The translations under genes were made by a program, and so were the position numbers. Positions 12,645 through 23,800 of a stretch of DNA of 64,000 bases are shown here, in pieces. The number at the start of each line of letters is the position of its first letter. The first letter of the stretch is position 1. Under the pieces are notes generated by a model, which was not told the DNA's origin, did not search any database, and was given only the letters and a program-made list of their open reading frames with translations. The stretch is from Antedon mediterranea (taxonomy: Eukaryota; Animalia; Echinodermata): the NCBI RefSeq assembly GCF_964355755.1, contig NC_092671.1, positions 21,717,317 through 21,781,316 on the forward strand, given 5' to 3'.

Positions 12645-13720
12645 TATATATATCTGGGGTGTATTTAGTTGATTATACATGTTACCATTATTACACCCAA
12701 CAAAATAAACGCCTCCCTGAATAAATAAATGCCCGAGGCTTTTATTCGGGTAACTACAGTAAATTACTTCTAGCATTCTCAAAATGTTTGAACGTTCGGG
12801 GGTCAACAATAATTTCTAGCATCATTATAAGCAAAAGTACAATTAGTACAAACAGTAAAGGATTTGTTTTAATTCCTACAGTATAATGAAATCATTAAGC
12901 ATCAATTATTGCATAACATTACTGTCTAATGATAAGTTGGGTAGATATGTTTTTCATTTAAAAGATTAGTAATTAATAGTATTTATGATCATCTTTTATC
13001 CAAATTTTCTGTTAGAATGAATGTAAATATGTGTATTTCTAACAATTTGATACTAAATTTAAGTTTCTACGACCTGTACTTACAGAGATAAGAAGATGCC
13101 CTGGTATGTATGTCAAAGGTCAGAAATGTCATTTCCGGTCATTTTTTACTAAAATGTTTCATTAGACTGAATATGAATGTATACCTTCTGAACATTTTGA
13201 GACCAAAATTTACTCGCTGTGACCAGTGGTTGCCGAGATACAAATACCTATTTGTGTTTATTCATATAACCCCTGACCTTGACCTTTTGACCTTTTGTAA
13301 CATTGTTCAAAATGTGTAACAAATAACTAAATGTATATTTCGAACAATTTGAGCCCAAATTCAAGTCTCTACGGCCAATAGTTACGGAGATACAGACATG
13401 CCCTGGTTTATGGGTCAAAGGTCAGAAATGGTATTTCCGGTCATTTTCGACTAAAATGTTTCATTAGACTGAATATGAATGTATACCTTCTGATCAATTT
13501 GAGACCAAAATTACCTCGCTGTGACCAGTGGTTGTCGAGATTTAAGGACATAATGGTGTTTGATCTTATAACATTTGACCCTGACCTTTTGACCTTTCGC
13601 CACATTTTCAAAATGTGTAACCAAGCCAAAAATGATTGTTTGACCACCCTAAACCAATTTCTGAAGTCAAATTCTCTGGACCTCAAAGTGCATACGAAAG
13701 TTGATCTAGCTACTAGAGTA
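12645..13720 (-). repeat. Right inverted arm of the 3064-bp element
   Basis: Reverse complement of the left arm. For example, ttgattatacatgttaccat (~12669) mirrors atggtaacatgtataatcaa (~11737), and ttattgcataacattactgtctaa (~12906) mirrors ~11443-11467. Confidence 0.88.
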
Positions 13721-16700
13721 CTAAGAATAGCTTCAAATCGCATATGGAGACAATTTAGACCATTTTGTGATTTTCGAAAAAACTTGTTAACATAAAAACA
13801 CCAAAGTGCTTAGAATACCTTCAAATCGCATTTGGAGACATTTTAGACCATTTTGTGATTTTCGAAAAAACTTGTTAACATAAAAACATCAAAGTGCTAA
13901 GAATAGCTTCCAATCGCATTTGGAGACGTTTTAGACCATTTTGTGATTTTCGAAAAAACTTGTTAACATAAAAACACCAAAGTGATTAGAATAGCTTCAA
14001 ATCGCATTTGGAGACGTTTTAGACCATTTTGTGCATTTCGATGAAACTTGGTTACGCAAAAACATCAAAGTGCTTAAAATCACATTATAAACCGTTTTAG
14101 ACCATTTTGAGCATATCGATAACACTTTTTACACAAAACACCAAAGTGCTTAGAATAGCTTCAAATCGCATTTGGAGACGTTTTAGACCATTTTGTGATT
14201 TTCGACAAAACTTTTTCACACAAAACACCAAAGTGCTTAGAATACCTTCAAATCGCATTTGGAGACGTTTTAGACCATTTTGTGATTTTCGAAAAAACTT
14301 GTTAACATAAAAACATCAAAGTGTACAGAATAGCTTCAAATCGCATTTGGAGACGTTTTAGACCATTTTGTGATTTTCGAAAAAACTTGTTAACATAAAA
14401 ACACCAAAGTGCTTAGAATAGCTTCAAATCGCATTTGGAGACGTTTTAGACCATTTTGTGATTTTCGAAAAAACTTGTTAACATAAAAACACCAAAGTGC
14501 TTAGAATAGCTTCAAATCGCATTAGGAGACGTTTTAGACCATTTTGTGATTTTCGAAAAAACTTGTTAACATAAAAACACCAAAGTGCTTAGAATAGCTT
14601 CAAATCGCATTTGGAGACGTTTTAGACCATTTTGTGATTTTCGAAAAAACTTGTTAACATAAAAAAAACAAAGTTCTTAAAATAGCTTCAAATCGCATTT
14701 GGAGACGTTTTAGACCATTTTGTGATTTTCGAAAAAACCTGTTAACATAAAAACACCAAAGTGTTTAGAAAAGCTTCAAATCGCATTTGGAGACGTTTTA
14801 GACCATTTTGGGATTTTCGAAAAAACTTGTTAACATAAAAACACCAAAGTGCTTAGAATATGGCCGAGCGGTTAAGGCAGGGGCGCCGTTTATCGTACCT
14901 AAAGAGCCAACAACAACATCGGCAAGGGTTCGAGGCCGACTCGCTCCTAGTTCTGGTGGTGGAACAAGTCTTCTCGGATAAGGACTATAAACCGTAGGTC
15001 CAGTGTACACAGTTATAACATGTGTGTACTTTAAAGAACCCAGTTCATTATTCGAAAAAGAGTAGGGGGTTACCCCGGTGAACTGGTTCACACAATAGCC
15101 TCTGTATCAGGGGGATTACCACCTATCTGATAGGACAGTGATTAATTCACTATTGGTAATCCTTGGCCACAGTGCCTAAAGACATAAAATAAAATAAAAA
15201 TAAATAAATAAATAATAGCTTCAAATCGCATTTGGAGACGTTTTAGACCATTTTGTAATTTTCAAAAAAACTTGTTAACATAAAAACACCAAAGTTCTTA
15301 GAATAGCTTCAAATCGCATTTGGAGACGTTTTAGACCATTTTGTGCATTTCGATGAAACTTGGTTACACAAAAACATCAAAGAGCTTAAAATCACATTAT
15401 AAACCGTTTTAGACCATTTGAGCATTTCGATAACACTTTTCACACAAAAACATCAAAGTTCACAATATAGCTTAATATCCTATTTAAAAACGTTTTAGAC
15501 CATTTTGAGCATTTCGACAAAACTTTTTCACACAAAACACCAAAGTGCTTAGAATACCTTCAAATCGCATTTGGAGACGTTTTAGACAATTTTGTGATTT
15601 TCGAAAAAACTTGTTAACATAAAAACACCAAAGTTTACAGAATAGCTTCAAATCGCATTTGGAGACGTTTTAGACAATTTTGTGATTTTCGAAAAAACTT
15701 GTTAACATAAAAACACCAAAGTGCTTAGAATAGCTTCAAATCGCATTGGGAGACGTTTTAGACCATTTTGTGATTTTCGAAAAAACTTGTTAACATAAAA
15801 ACACCAAAGTGCTTAGAATAGCTTCAAATCGCATTTGGAGACGTTTTAGACCATTTTGTGATTTTCGAAAAAACTTGTTAACATAAAAACACCAAAGTTC
15901 TTAAAATAGCTTCAAATCGCATTTGGAGACGTTTTAGACCATTTTGTGATTTTCGAAAAAACTTGTTAACATAAAAACACCAAAGTGTTTAGAAAAGCTT
16001 CAAATCGCATTTGGAGACGTTTTAGACCATTTTGGGATTTTTGAAAAAACTTGTTAACATAAAAACACCAAAGTGCTTAGAATAGCTTCAAATCGCATTT
16101 GGAGACGTTTTAGACCATTTTGTAATTTTCAAAAAAACTTGTTAACATAAAAACACCAAAGTTCTTAGAATAGCTTCAAATCGCATTTGGAGACGTTTTA
16201 GACCATTTTGTGCATTTCGATGAAACTTGGTTACACAAAAACATCAAAGTGCTTAAAATCACGTTATAAACCGTTTTAGACCATTTGAGCATTTCGATAA
16301 CACTTTTCACACAAAAACATCAAAGGGCACAATATAGCTTAATATCCTATTTAAAAACGTTTTAGACCATTTTGAGCATTTCGACAAAACTTTTTCACAC
16401 AAAACACCAAAGTGCTTAGAATACCTTCAAATCGCATTTGGAGACGTTTTAGACAATTTTGTGATTTTCGAAAAAACTTAACATAAAAACATCAAAGTTT
16501 ACAGAATAGCTTCAAATCGCTTTTGGAGACGTTTTAGACAATTTTGTGATTTTCGAAAAAACTTGTTAACATAAAAACACCAAAGTGCTTAGAATAGCTT
16601 CAAATCGCATTGGGAGACGTTTTAGACCATTTTGTGATTTTCGAAAAAACTTGTTAACATAAAAACATCAAAGTGTACAGAATAGCTTCAAATCGCATTT

Positions 16701-18780
16701 GGAGACGTTTTAGACCATTTTGTGATTTTCGAAAAAACTTGTTAACATAAAAACACCAAAGTGCTTAGAATAGCTTCAAATCGCATTTGGAGACGTTTTA
16801 AACCATTTTGTGATTTTCGAAAAAACTTGTTAACATAAAAACACCAAAATGTTTAGAATAGCTTCAAATCGCATTTGGAGACGTTTTAGACCATTTTGTG
16901 ATTTTCGAAAAAACTTGTTAACACAAAAACACCAAAGTGATTAGAATAGCTTCAAATCGCATTTGGAGACGTTTTAGACCATTTTGTGATTTTCGAAAAA
17001 ACTTGTTAACATAAAAACACCAAAGTTCTTAGAATAGCTTCAAATCGCATTTGGAGACGTTTTAGACCATTTTGTGCATTTCGATGAAACTTGGTTACGC
17101 AAAAACATCAAAGTGCTTAAAATCACATTATAAACCGTTTTAGACCATTTTGAGCATATCGATAACACTTTTTACACAAAACACCAAAGTGCTTAGAATA
17201 GCTTCAAATCGCATTTGGAGACGTTTTAGACCATTTTGTGATTTTCGACAAAACTTTTTCACACAAAACACCAAAGTGCTTAGAATACCTTCAAATCGCA
17301 TTTGGAGACGTTTTAGACCATTTTGTGATTTTCGAAAAAACTTGTTAACATAAAAACATCAAAATGTTTAGAATAGCTTCAAATCACATTTGGAGACGTT
17401 TTAGACCATTTTGTGATTTTCGAAAAAACTTGTTAACACAAAAACACCAAAGTGATTAGAATAGCTTCAAATCGCATTTGGAGACGTTTTAGACCAATTT
17501 GTGCATTTCGATGAAACTTGGTTACGCAAAAACATCAAAGTGCTTAAAATCACATTATAAACCGTTTTAGACCATTTTGAGCATATCGATAACACTTTTC
17601 ACACAAAAACATCAAAGAGCACAATATAGCTTAATATCTTATTTAAAAACGTTTTAGACCATTTTGAGCATTTCGACAAAACTTTTTCACACAAAACACC
17701 AAAGTGCTTAGAATAGCTTCAAATCGCATTTGGAGACGTTTTAGACCATTTTGTGATTTTCGAAAAAACTTGTTAACATAAAAACATCAAAGTGCTAAGA
17801 ATAGCTTCAAATCGCATTTGGAGACATTTTAGACCAATTAGTGATTTTCGAAAAAACTTGGTTACACAAAAACATCAAAGTGGTTAAAATCACATTATAA
17901 ACCGTTTTAGACCATTTTGAGCATTTCGATAACACTTTTCACACAAAAACATCAAAGTGCTTAGAATAGCTTCAAATCGCATTTGGAGACGTTTTAGACC
18001 ATTTTGTGATTTTCGAAAAAAACTTTTTAACATAAAAACACCAAACTTCTAAGAATAGCTTCAAATCGCATATGGAGACAATTTAGACCATTTTGTGATT
18101 TTCGAAAAAACTTGTTAACATAAAAACACCAAAGTGCTAAGAATAGCTTCAAATCGCATATGGAGACAATTTAGACCATTTTGTGATTTTCGAAAAAACT
18201 TGTTAACATAAAAACACCAAAGTGCTTAGAATACCTTCAAATCGCATTTGGAGACGTTTAAGACCATTTTGTGATTTTCGAAAAAACTTGTTAACATAAA
18301 AACACCAAAGTGCTTAGAATAGCTTCAAATCGCATTTGGAGACGTTTTAGACCAATTTGTGATTTTCGAAAAAACTTGGTTACACAAAAACATCAAAGTG
18401 GATAAAAGCACATTATAAACCGTTTTAGACCATTTTGAGCATTTCGATAACACATTTCACACAAAAACATCAAAGAGCACAAAATAGCTTAATATCGTAT
18501 TTAAAAACGTTTTAAACCATTTTGAGCATTTCGACAAAACTTTTTCACACAAAACACCAAAGTGTTTAGAAAAGCTTCAAATCGCATTTGGAGACGTTTT
18601 AGACCATTTTGGGATTTTCGAAAAAACTTGTTAACATAAAAACACCAAAGTGCTTAGAATAGCTTCAAATCGCATTTGAAGACGTTTTAGACCATTTTGT
18701 AATTTTCGAAAAAACTTGTTAACATAAAAACACCAAAATGTTTAGAATAGCTTCAAATCGCATTTGGAGACGTTTTAGAC
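13721..18780 (+). repeat. Satellite array, forward orientation, interrupted by a SINE at 14861-15213
   Basis: Same monomer resumes in phase after the CTA TSD and runs to the strand switch. Confidence 0.98.
14861..15213 (+). mobile_element. tRNA-derived SINE with a Deu/Nin-type conserved central domain, copy 1 (353 bp)
   Basis: Pol III A box TGGCCGAGCGG (14861) and B box GGTTCGAGGCC (14927). Central segment cggataaggactataaaccgtaggtcc...ttaaagaaccc...aagagtagggggttaccccggtg resembles the Deu domain of AmnSINE1/DeuSINEs. (AAAT)n tail; possible AATA TSD. Confidence 0.92.
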
Positions 18781-19215
18781 AACAAAATGGTCTAAAACGT
18801 CTCCAAATGCGATTTGAAGGTATTCTAAGCACTTTGGTGTTTTGTGTGAAAAAGTTTTTTCGAAAATCACAAAATGGTCTAAAACGTCTCCAAATGCGAT
18901 TTGAAGCTATTCTAAGCACTTTGGTGTTTTGTGTGAAAAAGTTTTGTCGAAATGCTCAAAATGGTCTAAAACGTTTTTAAATAAGATATTAAGCTATATT
19001 GTGCTCTTTGATGTTTTTGTGTGAAAAGTGTTATCGATATGCTCAAAATGGTCTAAAACGGTTTATAATGTGATTTTAAGCACTTTGATGTTTTTGCGTA
19101 ACCAAGTTTCATCGAAATGCACAAATTGGTCTAAAACGTCTCCAAATGCGATTTGAAGCTATTCTAATCACTTTGGTGTTTTTGTGTTAACAAGTTTTTT
19201 CGAAAATCACAAAAT

Positions 19216-20858
19216 GTGACCCGATCTGGCAAAACCCTACTTTTGTCGGAAATATTCATTTTGTATTTTTTTATATATTTGGATTATTTGAATCATAAGC
19301 TTTGCAATGGTGTTTATTTCATAAAAATTGAGTAAATATTTAAAAAGTTATTATATTTTAAAAACTTACAAATCATTCAATTAGTTTACGAGAAAATCGC
19401 GTTTGAAGTTTGCAATGAAATTCTTTTTGATACGCGCTGAAAATTCACTCCGTAGCAACGCGCTATTTTGGTCTAAGGTACAATGACGTCATTCCAGGAA
19501 GTGTGTGCGATATAGCAGCAGCGTGGACACTATGGTCAATTTGACTGATTTCAGACGCCGTTTTAACCTATTTAGTCACTCGAATTAACTATTTTGCACT
19601 ATTGAAAAGCAGCATTATAACTACCAAGCTAATGTTAACTGGTTTCGGAAGTGTTTACGATATCAACGGCAAAAAACCAAGCAGGCCTAGGCCTAGGTGC
19701 GCCTATTCAGATTTTCGCCGTCATCGCCTGTACTGTATTAAGACCTACTGATGATGGGTGTTCATCAGGCCGTGTATGGCAGCGGTGCATCGACACGGGG
19801 GCTAGCGTTAGTCTAGACAAGTTAGGCGCCTTGCAGAGTCACAGCTAATTGCAAGCTAACATTACACTGTATTGACGATAACATTTGTTTTTTTTATAAC
19901 GTGGAAGATTCGCTGTGATGTTTGGGCTTGAATCCAATGATTTAAAAAAACATTTAATATGAAAGGAATGGACAATAAATTAAATAAATAATTAAGAGCC
20001 GATTGGATATATAAAATGTATAAATAAAACTATTGACAATAATATAAAGCTAGGCCCAGTAGTAGTAGGCCTACAACCATAATAAAATTAGGCCTAAGGG
20101 CCTACTAGCCCAAAAAAATATAGAAAATACAATTGAATTTATGACGTGAATTGTTTTTGACTTGTCTATTTTACTATGGAATAAACAAATACACACTACA
20201 GCTATTGCAGAACACTTTACTTTGAATATTAAAATCGTTTTTATTCAAATTTACGACATGCTGTGTGTAAAATAAAAATAACCTCACAAAAATGTAAACA
20301 ACTTTTTATTTCCGCGCGTAGAGCGTATAACATCTAGCGCGTTGACCAATAACGTTTGTTATTGCGATGATGCGCCATAGCAACACACGCAGTTCGCTGT
20401 TCCAGAAACTTCGAAGAACCGAATTTTCTGAAATGATGTCATAGTAAATCAAAGTTTTCATTGGTTCCTTCTTTAAACTCCGCCCTAAAACTTCCATATT
20501 TGGAATGTCAAATGGATGAGCTTTATTTTGATGTGTGACCTTTCAACATTGTGCAGCGAACTGGCGATCAAAATGTCGTAAAACTCGGCAACTTTCAACT
20601 GAATTTACGCAAAATTTTAGCGTAGATCGTGAATAAATTGTTAGGCTTGAGGAAAATACATGTTTTTAAAACTCTCTTTTTTCATAATTTTAGTTAAATT
20701 TCGGGAGTTTAAATCAGGTAGACGTATTCTTAGATAGAGAAATATTTCGAAAATGCAAAAACATGTAATCTGCCAGGGTAGTCGATTTGGACGTATTTTG
20801 ACTGATTACGTGAATTTTGAATTGCCGACAAAGAGAGGGTTTTGCCAGATCGGGTCAC
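19216..20858. mobile_element. Non-autonomous DNA transposon, Sola1-like, 1643 bp
   Basis: TIR GTGACCCGATCTGGCAAAACCCT, 23 bp perfect and ~34 bp imperfect. 4-bp TSD AAAT at 19212-19215 and 20859-20862 fits the AWWT target of Sola1. Excision restores atcacAAAATggtct. No transposase ORF. Confidence 0.9.
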
Positions 20859-23800
20859 AAATGGTCTAAAACGTCTCCAAATGTGATTTGAAGCTATTCT
20901 AAACATTTTGGTGTTTTTATGTTAACAAGTTTTTTCGAAAATCACAAAATGGTCTAAAACGTCTCCAAATGCGATTTGAAGCTATTCTAAGCACTTTGGT
21001 GTTTTTATGTTAACAAGTTTTTTCGAAAATCACAAAATGGTCTAAAACGTCTCCTAATGCGATTTGAAGCTATTCTAAGCACTTTGGTGTTTTTATGTTA
21101 ACAAGTTTTTTCGAAAATCACAAAATGGTCTAAAACGTCTCCAAATGCGATTTGAAGCTATTCTGTACACTTTGATGTTTTTATGTTAACAAGTTTTTTG
21201 GAAAATCACAAAATGGTCTAAAACGTCTCCAAATGCGATTTGAAGGTATTCTAAGCACTTTGGTGTTTTTATGTTAACAAGTTTTTTCGAAAATCACAAA
21301 ATGGTCTAAAACGTCTCCAAATGCGATTTGAAGCTATTCTAAACATTTTGGTGTTTTTATGTTAACAAGTTTTTTCGAAAATAACAAAATGGTCTAAAAC
21401 GTCTCCTAATGCGATTTGAAGCTATTCTAAGCACTTTGGTGTTTTTATGTTAACAAGTTTTTTCGAAAATCACAAAATGGTCTAAAACGTCTCCAAATGC
21501 GATTTGAAGCTAATCTGTACACTTTGATGTTTTTATGTTAACAAGTTTTTTCGAAAATCACAAAATGGTCTAAAACGTCTCCAAATGCGATTTGAAGGTA
21601 TTCTAAGCACTTTGGTGTTTTGTGTGAAAAAGTTTTGTCGAAAATCACAAAATGGTCTAAAACGTCTCCAAATGCGATTTGAAGCTATTCTAAGCACTTT
21701 GGTGTTTTGTGTAAAAAGTTTTATCGATATGCTCAAAATGGTCTAAAACTGTTTATAATGTGATTATTACTTTGATGTTTTTGCGTAACCAAGTTTCATC
21801 GAAATGCACAAAATGGTCTAAAACGTCTCCAAATGCGATTTGAAGCTATTCTAATCACTTTGGTGTTTTTATGTTAACAAGTTTTTTCGAAAATCACAAA
21901 ATGGTCTAAAACGTCTCCAAATGCGATTTGAAGCTATTCTAATCACTTTGGTGTTTTTGTGTTAACAAGTTTTTTCGAAAATCACAAAATGGTCTAAAAC
22001 GTCTCCAAATGCGATTTGAAGCTATTCTAAACATTTTGGTGTTTTTATGTTAACAAGTTTTTTCGAAAATTACAAAATGGTCTAAAACGTCTTCAAATGC
22101 GATTTGAAGCTATTCTAAGCACTTTGGTGTTTTTATGTTAACAAGTTTTTTCGAAAATCACAAAATGGTCTAAAATGTCTCCAAATGCGATTTGAAGGTA
22201 TTCTAAGCACTTTGGTGTTTTTATGTTAACAAGTTTTTTCGAAAATCACAAAATGGTCTAAATTGTCTCCATATGCGATTTGAAGCTATTCTTAGCAGTT
22301 TGGTGTTTTTATGTTAAAAAGTTTTTTTCGAAAATCACAAAATGGTCTAAAACGTCTCCAAATGCGATTTGAAGCTATTCTAAGCACTTTGATGTTTTTG
22401 TGTGAAAAGTGTTATCGAAATGCTCAAAATGGTCTAAAACGGTTTATAATGTGATTTTAACCACTTTGATGTTTTTGTGTAACCAAGTTTTTTCGAAAAT
22501 CACAAAATGGTCTAAAACGTCTCCAAATGCGATTTGAAGGTATTCTAAGCACTTTGGTGTTTTGTGTGAAAAAGTTTTTTCGAAAATCACAAAATGGTCT
22601 AAAACGTCTCCAAATGCGATTTGAAGCTATTCTAAGCACTTTGGTGTTTTGTGTGAAAAAGTTTTGTCGAAATGCTCAAAATGGTCTATAACGTTTTTAA
22701 ATAAGATATTAAGCTATATTGTGCTCTTTGATGTTTTTGTGTGAAAAGTGTTATCGATATGCTCAAAATGGTCTAAAACGGTTTATAATGTGATTTTAAG
22801 CACTTTGATGTTTTTGCGTAACCAAGTTTCATCGAAATGCACAAATTGGTCTAAAACGTCTCCAAATGCGATTTGAAGCTATTCTAATCACTTTGGTGTT
22901 TTTGTGTTAACAAGTTTTTTCGAAAATCACAAAATGGTCTAAAACGTCTCCAAATGTGATTTGAAGCTATTCTAAACATTTTGGTGTTTTTATGTTAACA
23001 AGTTTTTTCGAAAATCACAAAATGGTCTAAAACGTCTCCAAATGCGATTTGAAGCTATTCTAAGCACTTTGGTGTTTTTATGTTAACAAGTTTTTTCGAA
23101 AATCACAAAATGGTCTAAAACGTCTCCTAATGCGATTTGAAGCTATTCTAAGCACTTTGGTGTTTTTATGTTAACAAGTTTTTTCGAAAATCACAAAATG
23201 GTCTAAAACGTCTCCAAATGCGATTTGAAGCTATTCTGTACACTTTGATGTTTTTATGTTAACAAGTTTTTTGGAAAATCACAAATTGGTCTAAAACGTC
23301 TCCAAATGCGATTTGAAGGTATTCTAAGCACTTTGGTGTTTTTATGTTAACAAGTTTTTTCGAAAATCACAAAATGGTCTAAAACGTCTCCAAATGCGAT
23401 TTGAAGCTATTCTAAACATTTTGGTGTTTTTATGTTAACAAGTTTTTTCGAAAATAACAAAATGGTCTAAAACGTCTCCTAATGCGATTTGAAGCTATTC
23501 TAAGCACTTTGGTGTTTTTATGTTAACAAGTTTTTTCGAAAATCACAAAATGGTCTAAAACGTCTCCAAATGCGATTTGAAGCTAATCTGTACACTTTGA
23601 TGTTTTTATGTTAACAAGTTTTTTCGAAAATCACAAAATGGTCTAAAACGTCTCCAAATGCGATTTGAAGGTATTCTAAGCACTTTGGTGTTTTGTGTGA
23701 AAAAGTTTTGTCGAAAATCACAAAATGGTCTAAAACGTCTCCAAATGCGATTTGAAGCTATTCTAAGCACTTTGGTGTTTTGTGTAAAAAGTTTTATCGA

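Larger units (their letters stand above)
10657..13720. mobile_element. Non-autonomous foldback-type DNA transposon, 3064 bp, Academ-like termini and TSD
   Basis: Termini TACTCTAGTAGCTAGATC...GATCTAGCTACTAGAGTA. CTA is duplicated at 10654-10656 and 13721-13723, and removing the element restores satellite aaactgCTAagaatagc. No transposase ORF. The superfamily is inferred from the YR..YR termini, 3-bp TSD and long TIRs, and is less certain than the boundaries. Confidence 0.93.

Noticed and set aside
14861-14945. Functional tRNA gene
   Set aside because: Lacks the 5' acceptor strand, the anticodon and variable region are aberrant, and it continues into a SINE body and tail.
14798-15091. 97-aa ORF, also at 31874 and 35947
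   Set aside because: Antisense to the SINE, starts at GTG and runs into satellite.
15113-15162. Hammerhead ribozyme (three-way junction containing CTGATAG)
   Set aside because: No CUGANGA core and no GAAA after stem II on either strand.
19651-20497. Short ORFs inside the Sola1-like element
   Set aside because: 63-65 aa with no recognisable transposase motifs.
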